Below are positions 40,700 to 52,225 of a stretch of DNA of 64,000 nucleotides, one piece after another. The stretch lies in contig NC_043000.1 in the NCBI RefSeq assembly GCF_006345805.1, positions 53,754,001 through 53,818,000 on the forward strand, read 5' to 3'. Source of the stretch: Octopus sinensis (taxonomy: Eukaryota). The translations under genes were made by a program, and so were the position numbers. Each line of letters starts with the position of its first letter. The stretch's first letter is position 1. The notes under the pieces were generated by a model, which worked only from the letters and a program-made list of their open reading frames with translations, had not been told where the DNA came from and did no database searches.

Positions 40700-41140
40700 T
40701 GGTTTCAAATTTTGTCACACGGCCGGTAGTTTTTGTGAGAGAATAAGACGATTACTTAGACTTCAGGGCTCAACCGTTACTTATTCTATCGACCTTGTAT
40801 TGATGATAAGCAAATTTGGCCTCGGTAGAATTTTAAAATAGAACTTAACAACATACGAAATGCCTCTAAGCATTTTACTTGGGTGCTAAAGATTTGCTAG
40901 CTCGTTGCCTTACAATTTTTAAGCTAATACTACGAATATGATGGTGGGATGGCTTACGCACTGGACAAAATGAGTAGCGATATTTCTTCCAGCTTATTAT
41001 ATGCTGAGTTCAAATACTATGAAAGTCAAATTTTTCCTTTCATCCTTTCGGTTCGATAAACCTACCCATTGAGCAATGGGATCAATGTAATCTACTCCCA
41101 TCCAAATTACTGGAGTTTTTTTGACAAAATTCGAATGAAT
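40700..41140. mobile_element. Two diverged SINE family B copies, head-to-head (minus 40700-40915, plus 40945-41140)
   Basis: tttggcctcggtagaattt..tgctagctcgttgcc and tgagttcaaatac..tttcatcctttcgg. Confidence 0.6.
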
Positions 41141-41479
41141 TATTAAAAATTAGATTCATATTCAATTTTCTCAAAACATACCAGGTTAGAGTTTTATATT
41201 CAATAAACGGAAGGAATAAAATTTAAAGTAAAATAAGTTCGAAAAGTAAAACAAGATATCAATAAGTAAAGCAAGAGTTTAAATGTGAATTTTTAATTAT
41301 TTTCTGAGATTTTACAAAAACAACAAAAATATATCCGTTTACATTGGCACAATATTAGTTTGTGAATCGTGTGACATAGTCGATTGTATCAACTTCCTGA
41401 TATTATTTTTTCAAAATTTATGAACAGAATGGAATACGAAAAGCAAAGTTAATGCGTGTAGCATGGGGAGTCAGAAAAT

Positions 41480-41720
41480 AGACTAAGTTTGGTGATGTAC
41501 CGTTGTTGTTTCAATCCAGCCATTCGTCTTATCTACATACTTTTCCTAGCAGGTTATCAGTGTAGGGTCATCAGTCCGGTCTTTCGTAGGGTCTTATCAG
41601 AAGCAACTTTAATTAGAATTTTCAGCTGGGTTCCCAAGCGTGACCGACTGAGACTATATGTATTATCCGATCTTCCCTTTTTAGTCTACCCCTGGTTCAC
41701 TTGCCAGATGACTAGCCTTG
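41480..41720 (-). mobile_element. Possible old RTE-like LINE 3' fragment
   Basis: Minus strand RIIHIVSVGHAW...KLLLIRP..RP...YTDNL weakly resembles RTE/RTEX C-termini. Confidence 0.3.
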
Positions 41721-42662
41721 AATCTGTCTTGTAATTCACTCACCCAATATTTCAATCACGTTTCCTTGGAATTTGAACTGTGACATCTCAATCCGGTGAG
41801 GTAGCAATTTGACCAAAAGAGACTACCTCATATCCGAGCTGCGAACGCTGTAGGAGAAACCCATTTCTGATATTGATTAACGTTTTATTTTTATATATAG
41901 ATATTAGAAGAAAAAATACTTGCATAGAAAGAAACATAACATTCGGAAAACTTTCTGACCAGATAAAATATCTAAATTATAATTAGGATTATTCATGTTT
42001 TCTTCAATTCTTTACTTTTACCTGAGGCATTGCATTAATTTGATATTATTTTTCGTTTTATCATGGTCGCAACAAAATGTCATTGTAAAAAGTTTTGTCA
42101 GAGGATTAGATGAAAATTATTAACTTAACGATGGAGTCTAAATACCCTATTTTATGTCCCTAAAGGAAATTATTCCTATGTGTTACTTTAAATGGGTCTG
42201 ACAAGCACGTTGGTAGGTGATTCTAATTTTGATTAACTTTCAATAACAGCATTTATTGAAAGTATGGGTAAATGTCACAACAAAAGGAAATTGACAAGTG
42301 TTTCTATAATTATTTATATCTTGCCAAATTATAAATCTTTGATCTGAGGCTGTATTTATAAAAATAAAAATAAAAATAAAACAGCAAGTTACTGTTTCAC
42401 TTGACTTAATTGATTTCTGTCTTCGCTACTCTGTTCATTGTTGCTGCATTAAAAATAATTCTCTCTCTAATTTGACCTCATATTTTTAACATTTGTAATT
42501 CTTGATCGGTATATCACTTCCAGATACCGTCCATTGTCAAATATAAAAAATAGTTATTTATTGTATCCTATACTTTATACTTTTGATAGATACATACCTG
42601 AATACAAACTCAAACTCAAACACTCATACAAACATAAACATACACACACACACGTACATACA

Positions 42663-42695
<33 letters not shown>

Positions 42696-42910
42696 TCATG
42701 CATACACACATACACACGTACATAGATTAGAAACAGGATTTATTAGAACCCAGGCGCATAAGTTATTCATCATGTTAGCTGTTGAAGAGGTCATCTGCAA
42801 TGCTTTACTGTTCCTGTTTGTACATGTTTAAAATTTTACCAGACGATCGTGGATTTATGGTGTGATATAATCTACAAATACATTAACAGATTGCTACCGA
42901 AACAGCACGG

Positions 42911-42959
<49 letters not shown>

Positions 42960-43279
42960 CTAGTCTACTACAAACGCGCGCGTATGTGCATACATAACCA
43001 CTGATCTAGTAACTAGAATCTCTATTATTTATAATTTATTTAGAAGAGATATAACCCTGAAACCGCAGTCCACATATATTGCTCTGTGCTGGGGAGGAGA
43101 TGCTAAACTCCCCTGTTCAAAAATATAAGGCCACAGACAGTGTGTCGTATAGCCAGATGGAGAGGCTAAAAAACAAGAGCATTCATCCCAACGGGAACCG
43201 CCATATTATATTGGCAAATAATCTTTAATTTAAAGTACTGTTACTGCATGTCTCTCGTTGAGAGATTTAGAAATAATAA

Positions 43280-43362
<83 letters not shown>

Positions 43363-43439
43363 CTAGCTAGCTAAATAATGCAAAGGCTCACAGACACAGG
43401 CAAATATGTATCCTTTCTTATATTTTCATTATTTCTATC

Positions 43440-43715
43440 AGGGCAATATGATCGGGCTGGGGCACGGACATAAAGGGTTTAGGCGAACAAAGGATTCCAG
43501 CACATAATTTTGGGCCTGGGCATAGAATTTGTTTTGCCGAACTACTATATTACAGGGACGTAAGCAAACGCACTCCGGTTGTTAAGAAGTGGTGGGGAGA
43601 GGAGCGTGAAACAGAGAAATACGTGCAAATACACAAACATGCGCTCGCGCACACACGCGCATATACACGGTGGTGTCCTTTCAGTTTTCGTCAACCAAAT
43701 CCACACACAAAGCTT
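43440..43715 (-). mobile_element. Diverged SINE family A copy
   Basis: ttttgccgaactac..gggacgtaagc..tttcagttttcgtcaaccaaatccac. Confidence 0.6.
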
Positions 43716-44426
43716 ACGCAAGCGATAAATGCTTATATACAGTCATAAATACCTACATATATCAATTAATATGTTATCGAAATTAATCGGCATTGGTTTA
43801 TTACAAGAAATAGCCTTATTTTAAATTTTTAGTGATCGTACATGCATATTTAAGGTTTAATTTTATAGTTAATGCATGTTAAACAGCCTTAGATGCAGTG
43901 TATAAAGCAAGATAGCATTATAGATGTGGCAACATTCCATATATCGCCAAGGTGTCAGAACAGAATTCTTGCCAGGGAGGGGAAACATGAATTATAATCT
44001 TGATGTCATCAAATCGGAGCCATGACCGCTTTGCTTTTGTTTTCTTATAATTGATATAAGAAGCAACTAATTCACAATGCTAGTCGATGGAGGTATAAGA
44101 AAAATAGCGTCACAGACCGCCGAGTAAGAGGAAAAGAGAGAAAACAAGACACAAGAATCTGAGCAAAATATAACAACATCGAAATATCAGTTAGGAAATG
44201 GAACTTAACTGGAAGACATGTATTCTATTTGTTATATTTGTGAAGCGTTTTGGGAAACATTCATTTCGAAGATTAAAACTGGATGAAGTGAGAAAATGTC
44301 AGAATATTTTATATTAACGGAATTTACTTGGCTTAAAATAAACAATACATACCTAAATACCTGAGCTTGTTCACAAGATGTGTGAGTGCGTGAGTTTGTA
44401 TGTCTATTTTTGTGTTTATATATGTA

Positions 44427-44560
44427 TAGCGGTTCGGCAAAAGAGACCGATAGAATAAGTACTGGGCTTACAAAAGAATAAGTCCCGGGATCGAGTTGCT
44501 CGATTAAAGGTGGTGCTCCAGCATGGCCACAGTCAAATGACTGAAACAAGTAGTAAAAAA
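44427..44560 (+). mobile_element. SINE family A 3' fragment
   Basis: gcggttcggcaaaagagaccgatagaataagtact...gtcaaatgactgaaacaag plus A tail. Confidence 0.8.
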
Positions 44561-44904
44561 AAAAAATATGTCTGTGTGTTTACATATACACACACATGCA
44601 AATACAGATGCATATATCCGCAGGGATGCACAAGCACACACATGGCACATGTCCACACATACACATTTATATATATAAATATATATATTTATGTATATAT
44701 ATGTGTGTATATATATATGTATGGTTTTATATATATATATATATGTATATATATATACTTATCTGTCTATCTATCCATTTATCTATCTATCCATATAATT
44801 ATAACAAAGAGTAAAAATCATTAATGATTTTACCATGGGTTCAGTGCAGAAATAAAGGCCTTATAGGTATATTGTACAAATATCTTAATAATTATATACA
44901 TAAT

Positions 44905-45069
44905 TATAACAAGGGATTGGCTCTAAACCTCTCCACGCGCTAGAAAAATAGACGCCTGAAGACGCTATTACCACCTTAATAAGTTCGGAGTCTTTAAGGT
45001 GGTAATAGCGCCTTTTAGGCGTCTATTTTTTTAGCACATGGAAAGGCTTATAGCTATTCCCTTGTTATA
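44905..45069. repeat. Long hairpin (~75-bp arms, 14-nt loop)
   Basis: tataacaaggga...gacgcctgaagacgctattaccaccttaa / ttaaggtggtaatagcg..aggcgtc...cccttgttata. Confidence 0.85.
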
Positions 45070-45094
45070 CTAATCTATATAAATATTAATATAT

Positions 45095-45199
<105 letters not shown>

Positions 45200-45423
45200 C
45201 AGACGTTACTAAATAAGACTTAAAAGGACTCATTAGCCGCAAGAGCCCTATCTTAATAAGCTGACAAGGGAGACAAAGCTTTTTACGGTCGCCACCGTAG
45301 GGAGCTTTGTCGTATTTCTAGCAAAATCGGTACCACTTTGTATCCTCTGCCACATTATTGCCGTCTTTGAATTTGACTTTAGGCCGTTAAATTGCTAATA
45401 AGCACATATATTAGCTATATATA

Positions 45424-45913
45424 TAGGATGGGGTATAAAGATATTCGACATTTGGAGTAGTCACCGTGTGAATGTAATAGTAGTAGAGAGGCGGGAGAGA
45501 TTTCATTTGGAAGGCTACGATTTACCATTTCTGTTTGCATCATTAATTACTCAACACTTTGCGGGTGACATGGGGTGGTCGGCAAGGTCACCAAATTTAA
45601 GCCCTTCTGACTTTTTCTAAAGGAAACAATTTTCCGACATCATCCTCGAAATCTAGAGGATTTGAAAGAAAGGATTCGTGAGAAAATCAATGCGATATCA
45701 CCTTTCATGACACGGTGAGTCATGGAGACTTCCGTAAACGACTGCATTAATGTATTGCCAGCAACGGCCGCCATTTGCCTAATATAGTTTTTCAAATACA
45801 AAAAAAAAATTGTTTCTAATGTACTTTTCAGAAACGTAACAAAGTTTTCCTAAATGGTTGTGTTCTCTTTTTATACTCATTCACAATGTGGGAGATCTTT
45901 ATACTCCACCCTG
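45424..45913 (+). mobile_element. 490-bp internal-deletion derivative of a Tc1/mariner (DDxD, maT/rosa-like) element
   Basis: ~30-bp TIRs (taggatggggtataaagatattcgacatt / aatgtgggagatctttatactccaccctg) with TA on both sides. Retains the transposase C-terminus WSARSPNLSPSDF..P.NLEDLKERIRE..RLH.CIASNGRHL. Confidence 0.85.
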
Positions 45914-45982
<69 letters not shown>

Positions 45983-45984
45983 TT

Positions 45985-47410
45985 ATTTTATTCCAAGACA
46001 TTAATTCTTTGATTCAAAGAAGCGAACTCTTGAATTCATGCAGACACGCTGCTAAATTTAAAATGATGAATATCAATATCCCATATAGATAGCGTATATT
46101 TTTGGTTTTTTAAATTTTTCTATTCTTGGACTAGTTTTTGATCACACTGTTGGATTTGTTTCGTATTATGCAGGTTTTATTCCGCATCGCAAAGTTTTTG
46201 TATATATTTCGATATATTTCTTAAGAAAAAACCGACTTATTTTATTTCATTTTATTGTACTTTATAAACCCACTTTGGTCATTTAATTTATAGATAATTC
46301 AATATAGAGTGTTATATTTTGAATGTCTTTTATCTAAAAATTTTATTATTATGCACTCAACAATTAAAAAAAAAAATATTGTTTGTATATACGTCAGATC
46401 CTAGACATGTTTTTATGTGAATAATTGTATTGGCAATCATATGTATTCTTAAGCATGCGTCTATATATATGTGTAAGTGGGCGTGTATGTTTGTACTTAT
46501 GCGCATGCATACATGGATGTATATGTATGCATGTATTCACTTGGATTTGTGTGGATGTGTTTTTACATACTTGTCTCTATATATTTATATATGTGTTCTT
46601 ATATGTGTATTTACTGCTAATTTACACTTTTATATACACATGTATACATAATTTTATTTGTGAATGTTCGTTCTGCATAGTCAGACTTCTTTCTTGTTTC
46701 TTTTCTTTTCCTCCTTCCTTTCTTTGCTTTTTTTTCTCTCCCTATTCGTTACTTGTATAGATTCCTGTAACTTTACGCCCCTCTCCTCTTCTCTTACTCA
46801 CGTCTTTTGTTTTCTGTTGCTTATAAGATCGTTACCTTTTCGTTTCTTCCCCCTCTCTGCGTTTTACTTCTAGTCTATATGCATACACCAAGTGATTTTT
46901 GCATGCGAGTAACATTGCGTATATATATGTGTACATGTATTTGTGTGTATATTTTCGTTTTGCATTTATATGTCTGTATATGTATGCGGTCTGTGTACAT
47001 CTATCTGTGTATTTTGATGTATATATGTATATTGATGGTTTAGTATGAGTATATACTGTTGTGAAATATTTTAATATATTTTATTTTTTATATATTAATT
47101 GTATTAATCGAATTATATTTTCTATATAATTAATGACAATATGTATTTGAATCAACTCTTCGATTTAAGGTTTTCCTCGATTTTTGTAATTGATATTGAA
47201 CTCGTTTATTTTGTTTATTTTGTTTATCGCTTGCCTAAACCGTTATTTGAAAGGACCAGTGAAACAAATCCATTTTTAAAGGTGTATCCTTTAGCTAGTT
47301 TTGATCAAATTGTTATTTCGGTTCTATTTTAACAAAACTGTCCGACGAACGGGAGCATGAAACTCCAAGTAACAGCTTTTGTTATATTTCTGTTGCTTTT
47401 AAATTAAGTA
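45985..47410 (+). mobile_element. PLE 3' fragment (GIY-YIG tail + long 3' region)
   Basis: QDINSLIQRSELLNSCRHAAKFKMMN resembles the Neptune/Naiad C-terminus (NKRSEL..KCRH..KF). A hammerhead-like motif sits near the end, before (TA)n. Confidence 0.55.
47338..47375 (+). ncRNA. Degenerate type I hammerhead motif (U4C)
   Basis: CUGU-CCGACGA-ACGggagCAU-GAAA-CUccaA-GUA-ACAG. Confidence 0.5.
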
Positions 47411-48169
47411 TATATATATATATATATATATATAATACACACATACATATAAGGTAAGTAGAATTAGCGGTTGGAATAACTGTCTAAGGGATCAGAATAT
47501 CCGTTATTACTACCGGTATACATTACCTATGTTAACCCTGGGCATAGATATGCATGCATACTATGCTCAGAGGATACAAGTAATAACAGAGTAAACAAGA
47601 GTTTTTCAGGAATCAAATTTAAAATAAGCAGAAAATGGAGGGAGAAAACTTTTGATCAACAAATTGCCTACCATCGTTTAATTTTTTTAATACAAAACTT
47701 TAACATTGGTTACAGCCGTTTCTTCTACGAATGTTAGTTGGTGCCTCCAAAGAAAATTATGAGAATAATATTCGTCATCTTTATAGCACATCCGATCTAG
47801 TATATGGAGCTTCATCAGAGTCAATACAAATATATAACATAGAAGAGGGAAGAGGAAAGAATGTGGCCTGAGATGAGAACAGAAGGCTTAATAAATTAGA
47901 ATCGTAACCTTTTGCAGTGTAAAGCTTGAGATCAATGAGAATATGAATAAACTAGCAAATAAATTAGAAAAATAATTGGTGGGTTAATCTTTCTTTAGGT
48001 TCACCAGGGTGTATAAATAAAAAGAAAAGAAAACTAGTGCTTAAGTATAACAGGATTCGCTAATAAGACTGGAAAACGAATATTACTTATGGCTTCGTAA
48101 ATAGAGTTAAGTAATATTTATCCAAAAGCAGACCCTTGAAGTTGTTACAATAGTGTACTTACTGATATG

Positions 48170-48229
48170 CCTGCATATGGTATACCTGCATATGGTATAC
48201 CTGCATATGGTATACCTGCATATGGTATC
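48170..48229. repeat. 15-bp minisatellite x4 (cctgcatatggtata)
   Basis: Direct reading. Confidence 0.9.
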
Positions 48230-49238
48230 AAGACCAACAAGCTGTTGTCCGTAATGGGATTGACCAATGTCCAGCCATCACATTATATGTGGTCAGTTAA
48301 ATTCAAAACCAAGGACAAGCTAAGACTGTTATAGGGATAGATGTAAATAAAGAAGTAAATAAAACAGTAAATAAAAGTGTGCGTGTGTGTGTGGGGGGGG
48401 GGTAGTCCATGTCATAAGTGGCGGAAGGCTGCTTGTGTCATTATACACCATCCCAATACGAGTAACCGTACGACAGTAAATAACTAATAGTTAAGGGGAG
48501 ACTACTGTTAGGGGAGGTGGTTGCTAATTATAATGCTAAATCTTACAACTTAAATAGTTCACCAGCATAGTTCTAAGTGGTGGATATAATAGATGAACAA
48601 GTAAATGTCTAAACGTTCCTGAGTACAATCTGCTTATTAGACCTATAAGAAGGCAAACCACAAAACCCCAAGATAGTTAAATGATTAGAAGTTTAATCAC
48701 TTGCTAATTACTAACATGGTTACAAATTCAGGGTACTACAAGGATTTACCAAATCCTACTTGATATATATTATTATTAGTATTATATTTTCATATTACTA
48801 AACTTGTTGTTACATTTGCCCTTGCTTGGGTGCAACAAAATAGGGTCTACCACAAATTTTCACTTTCATTTATGCACAGTAATTGATGATGGACCCCATT
48901 AGATCTATCCATTTCGCCCCCACCCCGTATAACATAACTTAATTTGAACAACTTAATATTAGCTGCACACCTCTCTTGATTGAATTTGTTTGTACTTGGC
49001 TAGAAATAAGAGCGATGACCTATCCTCGCTAATACTAATCGAACACAGAATGTGTGTCGTTAGCCAGCTGGAAGAAATATCTTCCTGGGGCTATAAACGT
49101 CAATAGCACCGTCCTTTATAGGATGCCACACTTGGTTTGCAATTATATGTTACAATTCCGTATTGCTACTGTTTATTCTCGCTCAGAGATTTATGTTATA
49201 TATATACACACACACGTACACATACGCGCACACACACA

Positions 49239-49289
<51 letters not shown>

Positions 49290-49911
49290 CAAATATATTT
49301 AAATTTCGCTTTTATATTTGGTCTACAATTATTATATTTTATATTTGGTATATGTGAATTCGTGTGTTGAAGTATATTTATTTGTGTCTGGGTAGAGTCA
49401 TTCACTTTTAGTGTCTTATTAATTTAACACACTCACCGGTCCGGTTTTTACTCATTTTACCACCTAACAGGGTCGGCTATGACATTTTAAAAGTAATTTT
49501 TTTCTGGCATCATGGTCCGTTATGTAGGGGGTTGTTGCTGGGTGAGATGCATCTAGGTGGCTTACCTGGTATTCCTTGAAGAAATTTGCCCAGGTTTCGT
49601 CTGAAATTGACGTGTACTTTTCTTCTTTAGGACAATGTTAAATAGAGGACAAGAACATTTTTTGTAATGACTGTATATGTTGTGATCCTCAACTGTGTAG
49701 GGAAAGTATGATATGTGACACCAGATTTAGATGGATTCTGAATCTAACGCTGGGGCTTTTTGGGGCCATTCGGTAGTATATTCTCCATATTCAGGAAATG
49801 ATGTTTCAACCACAGCGGTGCTGGAGAAAATTAAGTTTCAGTGTTCTAAGGCGCTCCCAACAATATTATATATATGTGTATGCATGCATGTATATGTATG
49901 CATATGTTTAT

Positions 49912-49956
<45 letters not shown>

Positions 49957-50456
49957 CATGTATGTATACTTATATACTTGTTGCTGTGTGTGTCTGGATA
50001 AAGGATAAACGATTTGGGTGATATCTAATTTTCGTATATACATATACGTCAAGTAGTTATAAACTTCAATAGATAGATAGATACACAGACGAAATTGATT
50101 ACGTAATTAAAGTCTCAGTTAGAGATGATGAAACTATAGTCATAGCAAGGTGACAGTAGCAGACAAATGTCTGCTACCTGAAGTCCGTTCTCATTTGCTA
50201 AAATAGATAATTTTTATGATAACATTGCAATGAATGCTATAACACATTGTACAACAATGGTTTATGTATTCAATTTATCTTTGTTTCATTTAGTCAACAC
50301 AAAGTAAGGAATCATTGGGTGAAAACTAGCTTCAGGGCTATTTTACGATACAAAATGTCATTACTGGTTAATTCCCATTTCCATTAGATATACTAAATAT
50401 AAACAAATACACTTTCTAAATAAGAAACTGTTTCATTGTATATAGGCATAGATTTG

Positions 50457-50545
<89 letters not shown>

Positions 50546-50881
50546 ATAGCCGAATTTATATCTATATATACATATAAGGATAAAGAAGTTGAAAGATTGA
50601 AACACGAATGTAAGTCTATTCACTTGAATTTATTATCTTACATAAACACAGTGACATAAACATCCTTATTCTCTCATATACACACAAACCTACCGTTGTA
50701 TCTTTTCATTTAATCAGAATACCCTCGGCCTGACGAGTAATCTACAGCATATACCTCACTTGGACATTTAACACATACGACATCCTGCTCGCTATAAAAC
50801 ATTTGTAGCCCGGATTTTATCTATTCCATTTCTTAACACTTGTATACATACATACATACATACATACATACACACACACAC

Positions 50882-50946
<65 letters not shown>

Positions 50947-51010
50947 ATGCGTGCGTTAAATAAAATCAGACAAGAAAACTAAGGTAGTGTGAAATGCTGG
51001 GGACATTCAT

Positions 51011-51220
51011 GAGAAAGGTAGTCTTATAGTTGTTTCAGTGATATAAAATATATCCCATCATCAGAGATCCTTACAAGATCCCGTCGAATCAACAGGACAT
51101 GGAATTGATACCTGCACGCTATCCATTTTTAATAACAAAATATGAACTCCTATAAGAATTTACATATCATGGACAACATATCTTTTATATCCGTGAAACA
51201 GCTGTAAGACTACTTTTCTC
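51011..51220. ncRNA. Inverted pair of hammerhead motifs (51021-51068 minus; 3' half ending 51212 plus)
   Basis: Minus: UCU-CUGAUGA-uggGAUAUAuuuUAUAUCacu-GAAA-CaacU-AUA-AGAC. Plus: GAAA-CAGCUG-UA-AGAC. The ~45-bp arms are inverted. Confidence 0.55.
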
Positions 51221-51409
51221 TTTATAAACAGCCTTGGTTTTATTGCCTCATTTAATTTAACAAATACATGATCACACACTACCCGCGTTACACTCGCCGC
51301 TCATGCTATTATGGAACCGGGAGTCTAGCAGTGGTCCTTCTGTGGCACTTGCATAGCCTTACCTGCCTTTTGCGTGTTCTGGATACCAAAACCTCCTATA
51401 TTTATATAT

Positions 51410-52225
51410 ATGAGTGAGCCTAGGTGCATAAAATTAACTGGAAACATTCTCTGTGTGACAAACCCGTGGTAGTTCGGGCTTCCGCCGCTAAAAGCCACTT
51501 GATGCAATCATCAGGCATTAGTCTGCCTACCGGCGTTGTGGTGTGTAAGGTTGTACTGTCCCGTGTTGCGTCCTTTTTTTTACCGCTCTTCTTCCCTTTT
51601 CGTTGAATTTTGTGTTGGTTGAAAAGAAAGAACATAGTGCTTCCGTGAAATTATGTTCTCTGCTTGAGAAATTGGCGGGTGAATCAGTTGTCTTGCTTCG
51701 AACAGCTTACAAGGACGCCATGAGTAAACACAAGTCTACGAGTTGTGTTCATGCTTTAAGAATGGTCTGTTATCGCTTGAAGACCAGCCTCGTTCGGAGC
51801 GATTGTCGACCTCCGAAACATATGAAACATGAAAATTCGTTAACGGAGGAACGTCATCGAATAATTGGTGAACTTGTTGATAGGAATGGTGTGTTCTGAT
51901 GCTGTTGCCAATGGAATTTGATGGTGGAATTGCAAATGAAAAGAGTTGCAGCACAATTTGTACCTCACTTGCTCAGGAAAGATCCACGACTGAATGCGTG
52001 TCATGAACTAAAAACAGTTGGAAGTTGATCCTGACCCTTTTTCGAAAGTCATCATTGGTACGAAAGATGGTACTACTGCTACGACCCGGAAACGAAGCAG
52101 CAATCAATCCAATGAGCGTATTCTATGTCACCACGCCACCCAACAGTGCGTAAAGTGAAGTCCAATGTCAAGACTATGCTGGTTTGATTCATTGATGCGA
52201 AATGAATTGTCCACATGGGTGCCAA
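51410..52225 (+). mobile_element. 3'-truncated decayed mariner transposon
   Basis: EHSASVKLCSLLEK.AGESVVLLRTAYKDA..FKNGLLSLEDQPRS..ELQMKRVAAQFVP.LL..EVDPD.FSKVI..YDPETKQQS..VKSNVKTML. Confidence 0.88.

Noticed and set aside
47715-47825. Minus-strand CUGAUGA ... GAAACGGCUGUA
   Set aside because: Stem I is mismatched and the 80-nt stem II region does not pair; at best a highly decayed relic.
50156-50177. Perfect 9-bp hairpin
   Set aside because: No downstream CTRR (Helitron end) or other context; plausible by chance.
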